A DNA stretch of 32,000 bases from Pyrobaculum oguniense TE7 (lineage in GTDB: Archaea; Thermoproteota; Thermoprotei; Thermoproteales; Thermoproteaceae), in NCBI GenBank assembly GCA_000247545.1, contig CP003316.1, positions 249,233 through 281,232 on the forward strand, given 5' to 3'. The notes below the pieces were generated by a model. That model saw only the letters and a list, made by a program, of their open reading frames with translations. It made no database searches and was not told the origin of the DNA. Position numbers and translations under genes: made by a program. Positions within the stretch are counted from its first letter, which is position 1, and each line of letters starts with the position of its first letter. Shown here in pieces: positions 8,229-18,493 of this stretch.

Positions 8229-8504
8229 CTAGCATAGAGTGAACGGTGGGAGAACTACTCCTACTTCTCTCAAGTCGGTAGAGGCTTCTGAATAGAATCT
8301 CTTAGCCTCTGCACATCTCCTGTGCCAGTAAACGTCATTCCCCTTCTCTGCGCGGAGGATCTGCACTACGGCCCTAGCCACGTATTCCAGCCTGCCGTAG
8401 AAATCCTCTGGCGGATTGGGGAGGACAACGCCGATTTCCCGGCTGTATTCTACCACTAGACGGGGGTTTCTCACAGCCTCCCAGAGAAAGTCGTAGAAGG
8501 TCAC
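8229..8504 (-). CDS. Hypothetical protein (91 aa), translationally coupled to the upstream YbaK-like gene
   Basis: Its GTG start overlaps the TGA stop of the YbaK-like gene (GTGA). Confidence 0.45.
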   Translation of the reverse strand: MTFYDFLWEAVRNPRLVVEYSREIGVVLPNPPEDFYGRLEYVARAVVQILRAEKGNDVYWHRRCAEAKRFYSEASTDLREVGVVLPPFTLC

Positions 8505-8905
8505 AGCTTCACGGGTCTCGCGAACCCCCTCTCCACCAAATCTCTGGGTTTGAATCTGAGTAGGCTGTATTCGTCGCCGCCTCCGCCGTAGACGTAGTCC
8601 TCTCCTAGAAGCTCCTCATCTATAAAGACAGGTATGGCCAGAACTGGGGGCACTCCGCCGATTTGATAACCAGTTACGCTTTGTACCTCTTCCGGCGTCG
8701 CCAGCCGACAGCCCAGCGCTTCAAGGTCTAGTCTTTTAATGCCCCGTAAGATGTAGGCCCTGTATTCGTCGCCGCATTTCACCACTAGCGTCTTGACGAT
8801 TTTCCTCTCGTCCACGCCGACGGCCCTTGCGGCTTGTCTAACTGTGCGTACAAGCCCTCCTAATCTGAGGATTTCGCCTATTTCCTCCAGCAACGGCCTC
8901 GTCAT
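8501..8905 (-). CDS. YbaK/ProX-like aminoacyl-tRNA editing (deacylase) domain protein
   Basis: 134 aa. [11 protein letters not shown] and the KTLVVK pattern are typical of YbaK/prolyl-tRNA editing domains. ATGA overlap with the archease gene. Confidence 0.65.
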   Translation of the reverse strand: MTRPLLEEIGEILRLGGLVRTVRQAARAVGVDERKIVKTLVVKCGDEYRAYILRGIKRLDLEALGCRLATPEEVQSVTGYQIGGVPPVLAIPVFIDEELLGEDYVYGGGGDEYSLLRFKPRDLVERGFARPVKL

Positions 8906-9354
8906 ATGTCCACTACAAACTGCAACTTCCAGTAATCGCCGACTTTTGCAATTTCTAACATATGAAATGTCATGGCCTTGACTATGAGACCTGTGAAGCC
9001 ATGTTTATTTATGTCGTAAGTTTCGCCATATATTATCGCCCTCAATCTATATCCGCCGTCCTGTTCTATCTTCACCTCAATCTTGCGGCTTATGGCAAAT
9101 TTTTCGGCATCAAATAGGTAGAGCAACTCGTCAATCCACTTAAACAATAAGCCTTCTAGGTCGTCGTACTCGATATCGAGGCTCTTTACAAGCCTAGGCT
9201 CAACTCTCTCGGTATAGTATGTCAGATCTGCATAGGCAATAGCCGCGTTTCTAAACGCCTCTTCCAGAGTGCAGCCGTACGCCTCTATAAGGACGTCTGC
9301 GGTGTGCTCTCCATATTTGTAATCAGCAGGCTTGGCACATGCCACGTTGCCCAT
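8902..9354 (-). CDS. Archease (RtcB tRNA ligase cofactor family)
   Basis: 150 aa. [16 protein letters not shown] is the archease N-terminal signature. A GTG at 9345 sits 25 nt from the TATA box centred at about 9370 and may be the true start. Confidence 0.8.
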   Translation of the reverse strand: MGNVACAKPADYKYGEHTADVLIEAYGCTLEEAFRNAAIAYADLTYYTERVEPRLVKSLDIEYDDLEGLLFKWIDELLYLFDAEKFAISRKIEVKIEQDGGYRLRAIIYGETYDINKHGFTGLIVKAMTFHMLEIAKVGDYWKLQFVVDI

Positions 9355-9392
9355 AGGCGAGGTCTGTTTTAAACTATTACTTCTCTAGCCCT

Positions 9393-10058
9393 GTGAGGCT
9401 ACAAGTCGCGCTAGACATAACCGATATTAGAAAGGCGATACAGTTAACAAAAGATCTCTGCAAAGTTGGCCTTGAAGTAGTGGAGGTGGGCACCCCGTTG
9501 ATCAAGACGTACGGATTATCGTCTGTGAGCGCGGTGAAAGTAGCGTGCCCCAAAGCCGAGGTGGTCGCCGACTTAAAAACTGCAGACGTAGGTGCACTTG
9601 AGGCGCGGCTTGCCTGGGAATTCGGCGCAGACTGGGCTACGGTTATGGGCGCCACGAATATCGAGACAATAGAGGAATTCGTGAAAGAGGGAAGAGGGCT
9701 TGGTTTGAAAAGCATAGTGGATCTCATAGGTGTTCAAAATCCCGAAGCTAGGGCAAGAGAAATACTAGAGGTGGCACGGCCTGACATGTTTGTGGTTCAC
9801 CTCGGGATAGACGTACAGAAAAGAACAGGTCTTACGTTTGAAAATCTTCTGGATATTGCCGCTATAATTAAAGGCTTGGGAGTCGGCGTAGGGGTAGCGG
9901 GGGGTATCTCAGAGCGCGAGATCGAGCTTATTCTAAAAAGGGGGATCAATGTAGATGTGGTTATAGTCGGAAGGGCTATTGTCAACGATGCTTCTCCTCA
10001 GTTGAGATATGTAAATCTGAGTAAAGCTTTAAAAGAAGGAATTCGCAAAAGTTTATGA
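9393..10058 (+). CDS. OMP-decarboxylase suprafamily protein, 3-hexulose-6-phosphate synthase-like
   Basis: 221 aa with a GTG start. MRLQVALD and ADLKTADVG (D-x-K-x-x-D) are characteristic of HPS/KGPDC enzymes. Confidence 0.6.
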   Translation: MRLQVALDITDIRKAIQLTKDLCKVGLEVVEVGTPLIKTYGLSSVSAVKVACPKAEVVADLKTADVGALEARLAWEFGADWATVMGATNIETIEEFVKEGRGLGLKSIVDLIGVQNPEARAREILEVARPDMFVVHLGIDVQKRTGLTFENLLDIAAIIKGLGVGVGVAGGISEREIELILKRGINVDVVIVGRAIVNDASPQLRYVNLSKALKEGIRKSL

Positions 10059-10651
10059 AGGTAGTTCTAGTAGCCGTACCTGGAAGCGGAAAGACAACTA
10101 TAATGAACTATGTCAGGCAGAAACTTCCAGATGTCAAGATAGTAAACTACGGAGATGTAATGTTGGAAATCTCCAAAAAGAAATTTGGGATACAGCACAG
10201 AGATGAGATGAGGAAGAAAATACCAATAGAGGAGTATAGGAAAATCCAAGAAGAAGCCGCGGAGTACATCGCCTCCCTGCCCGGCGATGTCTTGATAGAC
10301 ACTCACGCCTCTATTAAGATAGGTGGCGGCTACTACCCAGGCCTCCCCGACAGAGTTGTTTCTAAGCTAAAGCCCGACGTGATATTGCTAGTCGAGTACG
10401 ATCCCAAAGATATTCTCGAAAGACGCAAGAAAGACCCAGATAGGTTTAGAGATGAGGAATCCCCAGAAGACATTGAGATGCACCAACAAGCCAACAGATA
10501 TTACGCCTTCGCGGCTGCAAATGCAAGCGAGAGCACAGTGCATGTACTAAGTTTTAGGGGGAAGGCGGAGAGCAGGCCGTATGAACATGCGGAGATAGCC
10601 GCGGAGTACATAGTCAGCCTTTTCTTAAAGGCTAGGCAGCAGAAGTCTTAA
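10055..10651 (+). CDS. adkA: Adenylate kinase, archaeal type
   Basis: 198 aa. P-loop VAVPGSGKTT at the N-terminus. Length and layout fit archaeal AdkA. ATGA overlap with the upstream gene. Confidence 0.8.
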   Translation: MKVVLVAVPGSGKTTIMNYVRQKLPDVKIVNYGDVMLEISKKKFGIQHRDEMRKKIPIEEYRKIQEEAAEYIASLPGDVLIDTHASIKIGGGYYPGLPDRVVSKLKPDVILLVEYDPKDILERRKKDPDRFRDEESPEDIEMHQQANRYYAFAAANASESTVHVLSFRGKAESRPYEHAEIAAEYIVSLFLKARQQKS

Positions 10652-10659
10652 ATATCCTC

Positions 10660-12244
<1,585 letters not shown>

Positions 12245-12339
12245 GGATTTACGTAGCGACATATACTGGTGCAACCCCACACGTCTAGTCAGGCAATAAG
12301 AGGGGGCAGAGCCATGAGGCTGTGAGGCTTCTGCCACCT

Positions 12340-12573
12340 CTATGTCCCCCTCCCTCCAGCCCAAACAACAGAATCTGTTTCTGGGTCCCAGACTACGGTG
12401 TAGCCGTCTACTTTCATACGCACCCTCCCCCTCCTAACAGCGATAAAGAAACCACGGATCTTGCCTGTTTCGACATCTACAAGAAGTCTATTGCCCACGA
12501 CGTCGATACGCAGCGCCTCTGCAATCTTAGACTTGCGGAACTGTTCAGCAATTTGGGAAAAATCGACCGCCAT
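12340..12573 (-). CDS. Hypothetical protein (77 aa), translationally coupled to rpoP
   Basis: Its ATG overlaps the TAA stop of rpoP (TAATG). The opposite-strand 84-aa ORF is Pro-rich and low complexity. Confidence 0.5.
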   Translation of the reverse strand: MAVDFSQIAEQFRKSKIAEALRIDVVGNRLLVDVETGKIRGFFIAVRRGRVRMKVDGYTVVWDPETDSVVWAGGRGT

Positions 12574-12731
12574 TAGACAGCCGGGATTCTCTTGACCGTT
12601 GGTGACCGCACCTTCATTATGATCTTGAAGTTACAGTAAGGACATCTAATACCTGGGAGGATCTCCATTTCCGATCTACTGAAAGTGCGGCCACAGCGCA
12701 TGCATATGTAGAGCTTCCTCTCCTCGACCAC
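12573..12731 (-). CDS. rpoP: DNA-directed RNA polymerase subunit P (Rpo12)
   Basis: Not in the ORF track. Own translation from GTG 12731 gives [52 protein letters not shown] (52 aa). The CxxC...LPGIRCPYC...K..VR.PT pattern is the RpoP zinc ribbon. TTTAAATA lies about 20 nt upstream. An in-frame TAG lies 7 codons upstream of the GTG. Confidence 0.8.
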   Translation of the reverse strand: MVEERKLYICMRCGRTFSRSEMEILPGIRCPYCNFKIIMKVRSPTVKRIPAV

Positions 12732-12749
12732 GGCTCTCGCCTTTTCTCT

Positions 12750-13262
12750 CTATTTAAACGTTTTTTCGGTGGCGTATAGAGATCTGATCCTCTCCGTTGC
12801 ACCTATCTCCTCTAAGTACTCGGCCACTGCGGGGGGGACCATTTGTCTCCACTCATCACTTCCCTGGGCAATTAACGCCCTTATCGAGGTGGCGGAGTAC
12901 TCGCCGAAACGGGGATGGGTTCTGACCTCTATCCCCCAAAAGGAGAGGGCGGCCGCCACCCATGGGTTGTTGGAATAGACCACGTGGTGCTGGGGACACC
13001 AGTGGCGCAGATATGCACCCCAGAGACTCGTGGGGCCGTTAGTGTCCGGCACGGCGCAATAGAGGAGGCGGCAGTTGGCGCCAAAGTGCCTCCTGAACAT
13101 CTCAATTCGCTCACCTGGGGTGAAGGGGTTGTCCGCCGTTAGCGACTTATCCGCAGAGCCTATCGCGATCACCACTTCATCGTAGTGTGTAAGTAACCAT
13201 TCTACGACCTTTACGTGGCCCCAGTGGAGAGGTTGGAAGCGCCCTACTAACAGTGCCCGCAC
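12750..13262 (-). CDS. nadM: Nicotinamide-nucleotide adenylyltransferase (archaeal NMNAT)
   Basis: 170 aa with a GTG start. The VGRFQPLHWGH nucleotidyltransferase motif is present, and the size is typical of archaeal NMNAT. Confidence 0.8.
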   Translation of the reverse strand: MRALLVGRFQPLHWGHVKVVEWLLTHYDEVVIAIGSADKSLTADNPFTPGERIEMFRRHFGANCRLLYCAVPDTNGPTSLWGAYLRHWCPQHHVVYSNNPWVAAALSFWGIEVRTHPRFGEYSATSIRALIAQGSDEWRQMVPPAVAEYLEEIGATERIRSLYATEKTFK

Positions 13263-13300
13263 AGGTTTTGCTGAGCATCTTTTTTAAACTGTGTCTCTGG

Positions 13301-13360
13301 GCAAGTGATGAAGAGGTAGCTCGCGGCTGAGTATGAAGAGAGGCATACTGGCTGATCTAC
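13301..13360 (+). ncRNA. Box C/D sRNA candidate
   Basis: Read directly from the sequence. C box GUGAUGA 13305-13311. 15-nt spacer AGAGGUAGCUCGCGG. D' box CUGA 13327-13330. C' box AUGAAGA 13333-13339 (one mismatch). Exactly 12-nt guide GAGGCAUACUGG 13340-13351. D box CUGA 13352-13355. It lies in the only non-coding gap between nadM and speB, convergent on the speB 3' end. Confidence 0.55.
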
Positions 13361-13368
13361 TGGGTGGG

Positions 13369-14175
13369 TCACTGTTTTTGTAGGAGTGACGCCATGTGTA
13401 TGAGAAGTCTAGCTACCTTTGTGGCTGTTATGTCCGACATGTCGTTAGGCGGGGAGTATTCAACGATGTCCACGGCCACGGGTTTAAGAGTCAGCATGAG
13501 GTCCGCTAATAGGTATTCCAGTTTTTTGAAAGTGAGCCCCCCTGCTTCCGGGGTGCCGACGCCCGGCGCCTCGGAAGGGTCAAGGACGTCTATGTCTAGG
13601 CTTAGGTACACCCTCCCGGAGGCGGTCGACACGGCATCGGATACCACTTCTCTAGCGAAGTCGCTACCCCTGACTACGAAGAAGCCTGCCTCCTCTGCAT
13701 ATTTCCGCTCCTCGTCGTCATAGGCTCTCACGCCTATGTATATGGCGTAGAATCCGAGCTCCTCGTGGGCTCTCCGAGCGAAGGTGGCGTGCGAGAGCCT
13801 CTGCCCGGGAGGCCACTCGTTGCGGAGGTCGAAGTGGGCGTCTATATGCACGTAGGTATCGGGCTTGACGACTTTCAACGCGGCGTAGGTTACCGTGTGC
13901 TCCCCGCCGAGCATGAGAAAGGGCGGCTCCGCCTTCTGCAACGCCTTTTTTATCCTCTCCACGTTCTCCTCCGGCTTGCCTTGTAGCAACTCGACGTCGC
14001 CTAGGTCGCACAAGGGCTTCGCCACGTTGCCAAACAGCGTCGTATATTCAAGATACGGCAAAATCTGCCTTATCCTCTGGGGAGCAAAGCGCGTTCCTGG
14101 CCTGAAGCTCACCGTGTCCTCCATTGGCGCCCCAATTAGATTTACGTCGCCTTCACGGCAGATGGCTTTAAGCAC
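13369..14175 (-). CDS. speB: Agmatinase / ureohydrolase family
   Basis: 268 aa. The metal-binding motifs of the arginase/agmatinase family are present: HIDAHFDLR, GGEHT, SLDIDVLDPSEAPGVGTP. Confidence 0.8.
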   Translation of the reverse strand: MLKAICREGDVNLIGAPMEDTVSFRPGTRFAPQRIRQILPYLEYTTLFGNVAKPLCDLGDVELLQGKPEENVERIKKALQKAEPPFLMLGGEHTVTYAALKVVKPDTYVHIDAHFDLRNEWPPGQRLSHATFARRAHEELGFYAIYIGVRAYDDEERKYAEEAGFFVVRGSDFAREVVSDAVSTASGRVYLSLDIDVLDPSEAPGVGTPEAGGLTFKKLEYLLADLMLTLKPVAVDIVEYSPPNDMSDITATKVARLLIHMASLLQKQ

Positions 14176-15058
14176 GCTCTCCCCTCTCCGCCCGCTTAAA
14201 GATTTTGCGCCTCGGCACTACCTTAATGTCTACGTGGACTATTAGGGGATGTAGCTTTGATATTGTTTTAATTGCCCTTGATCTGACGCTGTGGAGTTTT
14301 CCTACTGTCATCTCTGGTGAGACGCCAACTAGTGCGTGAACCACTAAGAAGCTGCCGGCTCTTCTTATCTTTACATCTATCGGAACGCCGAGTTCTGTTA
14401 AGGAGTCTCTAATCTTTCCCTCTAGTTCAGCATCTTTGTAAAGAGCGCCCAAGATGCCGTATGTAGCCTCTTTAGCGAGTCTTGAAAATTCGAAAATCAC
14501 GTAGGCGTATATCGCAAATACCGCGATAGTCTCTGCTATGGTTATGTGTAACAAGTTGCTCATTACTACTGCCAAGGTGGACGCAACTGAGAGAATAGAG
14601 TCCACCTTAGCGTGCACGGCATCGGCCTTGAGGATCTCCAAGCGCAGAACCTTGTAGTTGTGTCTTTCCCAAAGATACATGAGGTATGTCATTGCGCCCC
14701 CGGCTAACAGTAGCAAGGCCATCCAGAAGGGAGTCGGCTCAGTGCTCGGTGCAGGTGACGTAGCAACCATATATGTATAGAGAATTACCACTGCCAGCAC
14801 CAATAATAATGTCAAGAGGCTTTCGAGTCTGTAAAGATCCCAAGGAAATGACTTGCCCCTCCTCGATGCATAGTAGAGGCCAAAACCGGCTATATACGCC
14901 ACCGCTGCATCCATAAAGCCGTGGAACGCATCGCTTATGATCAAGAGACTCTGGTACATCCACCCAAGCAGAAGCTCTACTAAGGTGTATGAAAGGGATA
15001 CTGTGCCCATTATAAACAAGTAAAGAGACGCAAGCCACAGTCTCGTAGAGGGATGCAT
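14168..15058 (-). CDS. Cation diffusion facilitator (CDF) family metal transporter
   Basis: 296 aa. It has multiple TM helices, SDAFHGFMDA (the H-x3-D metal site of CDF TM2) and a C-terminal cytoplasmic domain. It overlaps speB by 8 nt. Confidence 0.75.
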   Translation of the reverse strand: MHPSTRLWLASLYLFIMGTVSLSYTLVELLLGWMYQSLLIISDAFHGFMDAAVAYIAGFGLYYASRRGKSFPWDLYRLESLLTLLLVLAVVILYTYMVATSPAPSTEPTPFWMALLLLAGGAMTYLMYLWERHNYKVLRLEILKADAVHAKVDSILSVASTLAVVMSNLLHITIAETIAVFAIYAYVIFEFSRLAKEATYGILGALYKDAELEGKIRDSLTELGVPIDVKIRRAGSFLVVHALVGVSPEMTVGKLHSVRSRAIKTISKLHPLIVHVDIKVVPRRKIFKRAERGERA

Positions 15059-15077
15059 GGTTGCGAGACGGTAAAGA

Positions 15078-15087
15078 CTTAAATATT
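15078..15087. promoter_or_regulatory. Shared TATA box (cttaaatatt) for the divergent CDF transporter operon and glyS
   Basis: 46-nt spacer. The centre is 24.5 nt from the start at 15058 and 22.5 nt from the start at 15105. Confidence 0.5.
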
Positions 15088-15104
15088 GTGGCTGACTGCC
15101 GTCA

Positions 15105-16862
15105 ATGCGCCGAGTTGAGCTATTGGAAGAAATTATAAAACGCCGCTTACTCTACTGGCCCTCATCTGAGATTTACGGCGGCGTGGGCGGCTTCTACGAC
15201 TATGGCCCGCTGGGGGTTCAGCTGAGGCGGAACATAGTGGAGAAGTGGCGCCGCACCTTCGTCTTGCCCTTCCAAGACCTCATAATTGAGGTGGAGACGC
15301 CCATAATTATGCCGGAGCCCGTCTTCAAGGCGTCGGGCCACCTTGACCACTTCACCGACTACGTGGTGGGGTGCACCAAGTGCGGGAGGAAATACAGAGC
15401 CGATCACCTTGTGGAGGAGGAACTGGCCAAGAGGGGCCTCAAGATATCCACAGAGGGCCTCTCGGCGGCTGAGCTGGAGCGCTTAATAGCGGAGCACAGA
15501 ATTGTCTGCCCCAACTGCGGCGGTCCTCTCGGGAGGGTTGAGTCTTTTAACCTCCTCTTCAAGACGACGATTGGGCCCTACAGCGAAAACGCGGGCTATT
15601 TAAGACCCGAAACGGCTCAAGGAATATTCGTAGCTTTTCCCCGCCTCGCGGAATACGTGGGGCGCCGCCACCCCTTCGGCGTTGCGCAGATAGGGAGGGT
15701 GGCACGCAACGAGATCTCACCTCGGGGCGGACTCATGAGGCTGAGGGAATTCACACAGATGGAGATAGAACTCTTCTTCGACCCTCAGAACCCCAAGTGT
15801 CCCTACTTCGCCGAGGTGGAGGGGCTTGAAATCCCTATCGTGCCGGAGGAGTTAGTGGCTAAGGGTCAGACAGAGCCCCTTTTCCTAACGGCGAGGGAAG
15901 TAGCGGCGAGGGGATACGCAAACGAGTGGATGGCCTTCTTCATGGCCCTAGCCGCCAAGTTCCTCAAAGAGCTTGGAGTTCCCCTGGAGAGGCAGAAGTT
16001 CTTGGGTAAGCTCCCACACGAGAGGGCCCACTACTCGGCTAAGTCCTACGACCAGATGGTGTTGACAGAGCGCTTCGGCTGGGTGGAGGTATCAGGCCAC
16101 GCCTACCGCACCGACTACGACCTCTCTGGCCATATGAGGCACAGCGGCCGCGAGATGTACCTAGAGAGGCGTCTTCCAGCCCCTAAGGAGGTAGAAGTGG
16201 TGAGGATCTATCCCAACCCCAACGCCATAAGGGAGAAGTACGGGGATAGAATAGGAGAGGTCATAAAGGCGATAAAAGAAAACGAGGCGTATGTAGCTAA
16301 GACATTCGGCGAGGGAAGGCAAGAGGTGACCGTTGGCGAATACATCGTAACTCGTGACATGGTATTTATAAAGACAGAGAAGCGCAAAACCGACCTCGAG
16401 AAGTTCATTCCGCACGTGGTGGAGCCTTCTTTTGGCCTCGATAGGATTATGTACGCTGTTTTGGAACACGCATTGGCGGAGGAGGGTGGGCGCGTCTACT
16501 TGAGGCTCCCGGCAGACGTCGCGCCCATCAACGTGTGTATCCTGCCTATTGTCAAAAGGCAGGACTACGTGGAGATAGGCAGGTCTCTGCGGAGGGAACT
16601 GGCGACGGAGGGCTTTTTAGTGTGGTACGACGACGAGGGGACAATAGGCAGTCGATACGCGGCATGTGACGAAATAGGTGTGCCGCTTGCGGTGACGATT
16701 GACGAGAGAACCCCAACAGACGGCACCGTCACCATACGAGACAGGGATACCCGCAAGCAGGTGCGGATAGGGCTGAGGGACGTGGCGAAATTCTTGGCGG
16801 CGGTTAGGAAAGGCGTTTCTTTTGACGAGGCGGCTAAGGCCCTCGGCGCCATGCCTGTCTAA
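15105..16862 (+). CDS. glyS: Glycyl-tRNA synthetase (archaeal/eukaryal alpha2 type)
   Basis: 585 aa. YWPSSEIYGGVGGFYDYGPLG is present, together with class II motifs (RPETAQG, EFTQMEIE), a Zn-ribbon insertion and a C-terminal anticodon-binding domain. Confidence 0.9.
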   Translation: MRRVELLEEIIKRRLLYWPSSEIYGGVGGFYDYGPLGVQLRRNIVEKWRRTFVLPFQDLIIEVETPIIMPEPVFKASGHLDHFTDYVVGCTKCGRKYRADHLVEEELAKRGLKISTEGLSAAELERLIAEHRIVCPNCGGPLGRVESFNLLFKTTIGPYSENAGYLRPETAQGIFVAFPRLAEYVGRRHPFGVAQIGRVARNEISPRGGLMRLREFTQMEIELFFDPQNPKCPYFAEVEGLEIPIVPEELVAKGQTEPLFLTAREVAARGYANEWMAFFMALAAKFLKELGVPLERQKFLGKLPHERAHYSAKSYDQMVLTERFGWVEVSGHAYRTDYDLSGHMRHSGREMYLERRLPAPKEVEVVRIYPNPNAIREKYGDRIGEVIKAIKENEAYVAKTFGEGRQEVTVGEYIVTRDMVFIKTEKRKTDLEKFIPHVVEPSFGLDRIMYAVLEHALAEEGGRVYLRLPADVAPINVCILPIVKRQDYVEIGRSLRRELATEGFLVWYDDEGTIGSRYAACDEIGVPLAVTIDERTPTDGTVTIRDRDTRKQVRIGLRDVAKFLAAVRKGVSFDEAAKALGAMPV

Positions 16863-16891
16863 GTTTATAAGGTAGTGCTATATGTTTAGAT

Positions 16892-17242
16892 ATGCCAGAG
16901 GATAAGGAAGTAGAGCGTGGGCGTAAGCTGTTGATACCGCCGTTCTTGACACCGCAACAAGAGAAAAAGGAGCAGAAAAAAGCCGAGCGTAGAGTGAAGA
17001 TCAAGGGCGAAGACGGCATAGGCGAGGGGGTTGCAAAAATTCCTCCAGATCTCTACGAGGCTTTAGACAAACCCTCCGAAGTGGAGGTGGTAGCACCTGG
17101 TGGATCGTCCCACGAAAGGAAAAAGATCTTCAAGGCGGTAATGAGCGATAAAATTCCCTCGGGGGAGATCCACGTATCTCCTGAGGATTTGAGAACTCTC
17201 GGGGTGGCGGAGAACACCGTCGTGACTATAAGAAAGAAATGA
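16892..17242 (+). CDS. Hypothetical protein with a Lys/Glu-rich N-terminus and a small beta-barrel-like C-terminal domain
   Basis: 116 aa. The ATG is 25 nt from the TATA box gtttataagg. The stop overlaps the endA start (ATGA). The C-terminus ...[24 protein letters not shown] resembles AbrB/VAT-N-like barrels (weak). Confidence 0.45.
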   Translation: MPEDKEVERGRKLLIPPFLTPQQEKKEQKKAERRVKIKGEDGIGEGVAKIPPDLYEALDKPSEVEVVAPGGSSHERKKIFKAVMSDKIPSGEIHVSPEDLRTLGVAENTVVTIRKK

Positions 17243-17790
17243 GGGGGGTCTTACGAGGGCTCGCCGTAGTTGTCAAAGACATAGAGTTTGGAAGGAGGTT
17301 ATACAAAGAGGGGTTTTATGGCCGTTTTCTTGGCTATGACAAGGTTAGGCGTGAGGAGGTCGACAGAATAAATGCGCCGCTCGTGCTTGCGCTTTACGAG
17401 GCACTTTACCTCGTCGAGAGGGGCGTACTAGAGGTTGTAACCGATAGCGGGGAAAAAATAACGCAGACGAGGCTAGTGGAGCTCGGCAGAGAGAAATTGA
17501 AAAATTTCGACGAGATTTACAAAATTTACAAGTACTTCCGGGACTTAGGCTATGTCGTGAAGAGCGGCCTAAAATTCGGAGCACTATTCTCGGTTTACGA
17601 AAAAGGCCCCGGCATAGACCACGCTCCTATGGTTGTGGTATTTCTCGAGCCGGATAAGGGCATATCGGCTACTGACATCACTAGGGGAGGGAGACTAGGC
17701 CACAGCGTCAAGAAGACCTTCACCTTGGCAACAGTGTTAAAAAATACGGGAGAGGTGATCCTCCTCGGCTTCTCGTGGGCTAGGCTTTAG
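17239..17790 (+). CDS. endA: tRNA-splicing endonuclease, catalytic subunit
   Basis: 183 aa. [26 protein letters not shown] carries the Tyr/His catalytic region of archaeal EndA, and SVKKT the Lys loop. Confidence 0.8.
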   Translation: MRGVLRGLAVVVKDIEFGRRLYKEGFYGRFLGYDKVRREEVDRINAPLVLALYEALYLVERGVLEVVTDSGEKITQTRLVELGREKLKNFDEIYKIYKYFRDLGYVVKSGLKFGALFSVYEKGPGIDHAPMVVVFLEPDKGISATDITRGGRLGHSVKKTFTLATVLKNTGEVILLGFSWARL

Positions 17791-18173
17791 TCTATCTTAA
17801 GCTCGGCGACTCCGTACTCGCCCGCTTTGGCAATTACGATTTGCAATACCCCGTCTCTGTATATGGCCTTGGCGCTGTCGACTCTAAGCCTGAAGGGAAG
17901 CTCTATCTTTCTCGCCACGGGGAAGTTGGAAATCCTCTCCCTCCTAAGCGGTTTACCGCCTCCCTCGTACTGGGCGGGCGACGCCACCACTTCAACAGAT
18001 CTGTCGTATACTCTCACCTTTATGCTGTCTTTTCTCACCCCCGGCAGATCGACGTATATGACAAGGTTTTCGCCCAAGTCGTAAATGTCTACGTCTGGTT
18101 GCCGTTCTACCTTGCCCGCGTTGGAATCGTACAGCTCTTTAAGCCCCTCTTCTAATTTCTTGACAGGGTCCAT
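17787..18173 (-). CDS. Small heat shock protein (Hsp20/alpha-crystallin)
   Basis: Alpha-crystallin domain [25 protein letters not shown]...GVLQIVI. The start is moved to the ATG at 18173 (MDPVKK...), which is 23 nt from the TATA box. The track start at 18194 is a TTG inside the promoter. Confidence 0.8.
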   Translation of the reverse strand: MDPVKKLEEGLKELYDSNAGKVERQPDVDIYDLGENLVIYVDLPGVRKDSIKVRVYDRSVEVVASPAQYEGGGKPLRRERISNFPVARKIELPFRLRVDSAKAIYRDGVLQIVIAKAGEYGVAELKID

Positions 18174-18227
18174 GAAAAACGTGACTCGAAACAATAAAAA
18201 CTGGCGGCGGTATTATAAGAGTAGTTT

Positions 18228-18449
18228 TTACTTCCCCCCGGCTACCCCTATTACTTTGCCGTACATGTTTATCGGGAACGACCTGCCGCACTTGGGGCAC
18301 GTGATGCTAAACCCAATGTTGTACCAAGACTCGCCTATCTCCACGTCGAAAGTATGCTTGCAGTACGGGCATGTTGCTCTTACCTTCAGCGTTTTTTCTA
18401 GCTCGCCGCCTGAGTATTCCCAGTCTTCAGGGAATTCTTGCGCCACCAT
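18228..18449 (-). CDS. Zinc-ribbon protein, hypothetical (73 aa)
   Basis: CPYCKH...CPKCG. The ATG is 22 nt from the shared TATA box at 18466-18478. Confidence 0.45.
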   Translation of the reverse strand: MVAQEFPEDWEYSGGELEKTLKVRATCPYCKHTFDVEIGESWYNIGFSITCPKCGRSFPINMYGKVIGVAGGK

Positions 18450-18465
18450 GCCCCCACAGGATGCG

Positions 18466-18478
18466 AATAATATAAATT
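18466..18478. promoter_or_regulatory. Shared TATA box (aataatataaatt) for the divergent 73-aa ORF and the nitroreductase gene
   Basis: 44-nt spacer. The centre is about 22-23 nt from both starts (18449 and 18494). Confidence 0.5.
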
Positions 18479-18493
18479 CTTTGCTATTTAGTC

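Noticed and set aside
12305-12335. Imperfect hairpin GGCAGAGCC...GGCTTCTGCC between the convergent egsA and 77-aa ORF, considered as a terminator.
   Set aside because: The stem has a mismatch or bulge. Archaeal termination relies on oligo-T rather than hairpins. It also partly overlaps the 3' end of the 77-aa ORF's region.
12322-12802. Track ORFs 12322..12576 (+, 84 aa) and 12617..12802 (-, 61 aa).
   Set aside because: The first is Pro-rich and antisense to the rpoP-coupled 77-aa ORF. The second is the wrong frame over the rpoP locus; the RpoP zinc-ribbon frame is far more convincing.
18174-18194. TTG-initiated 7-codon extension of the hsp20 ORF.
   Set aside because: It would place the start codon inside the TATA element. 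The ATG at 18173 has the standard 23-nt spacing.
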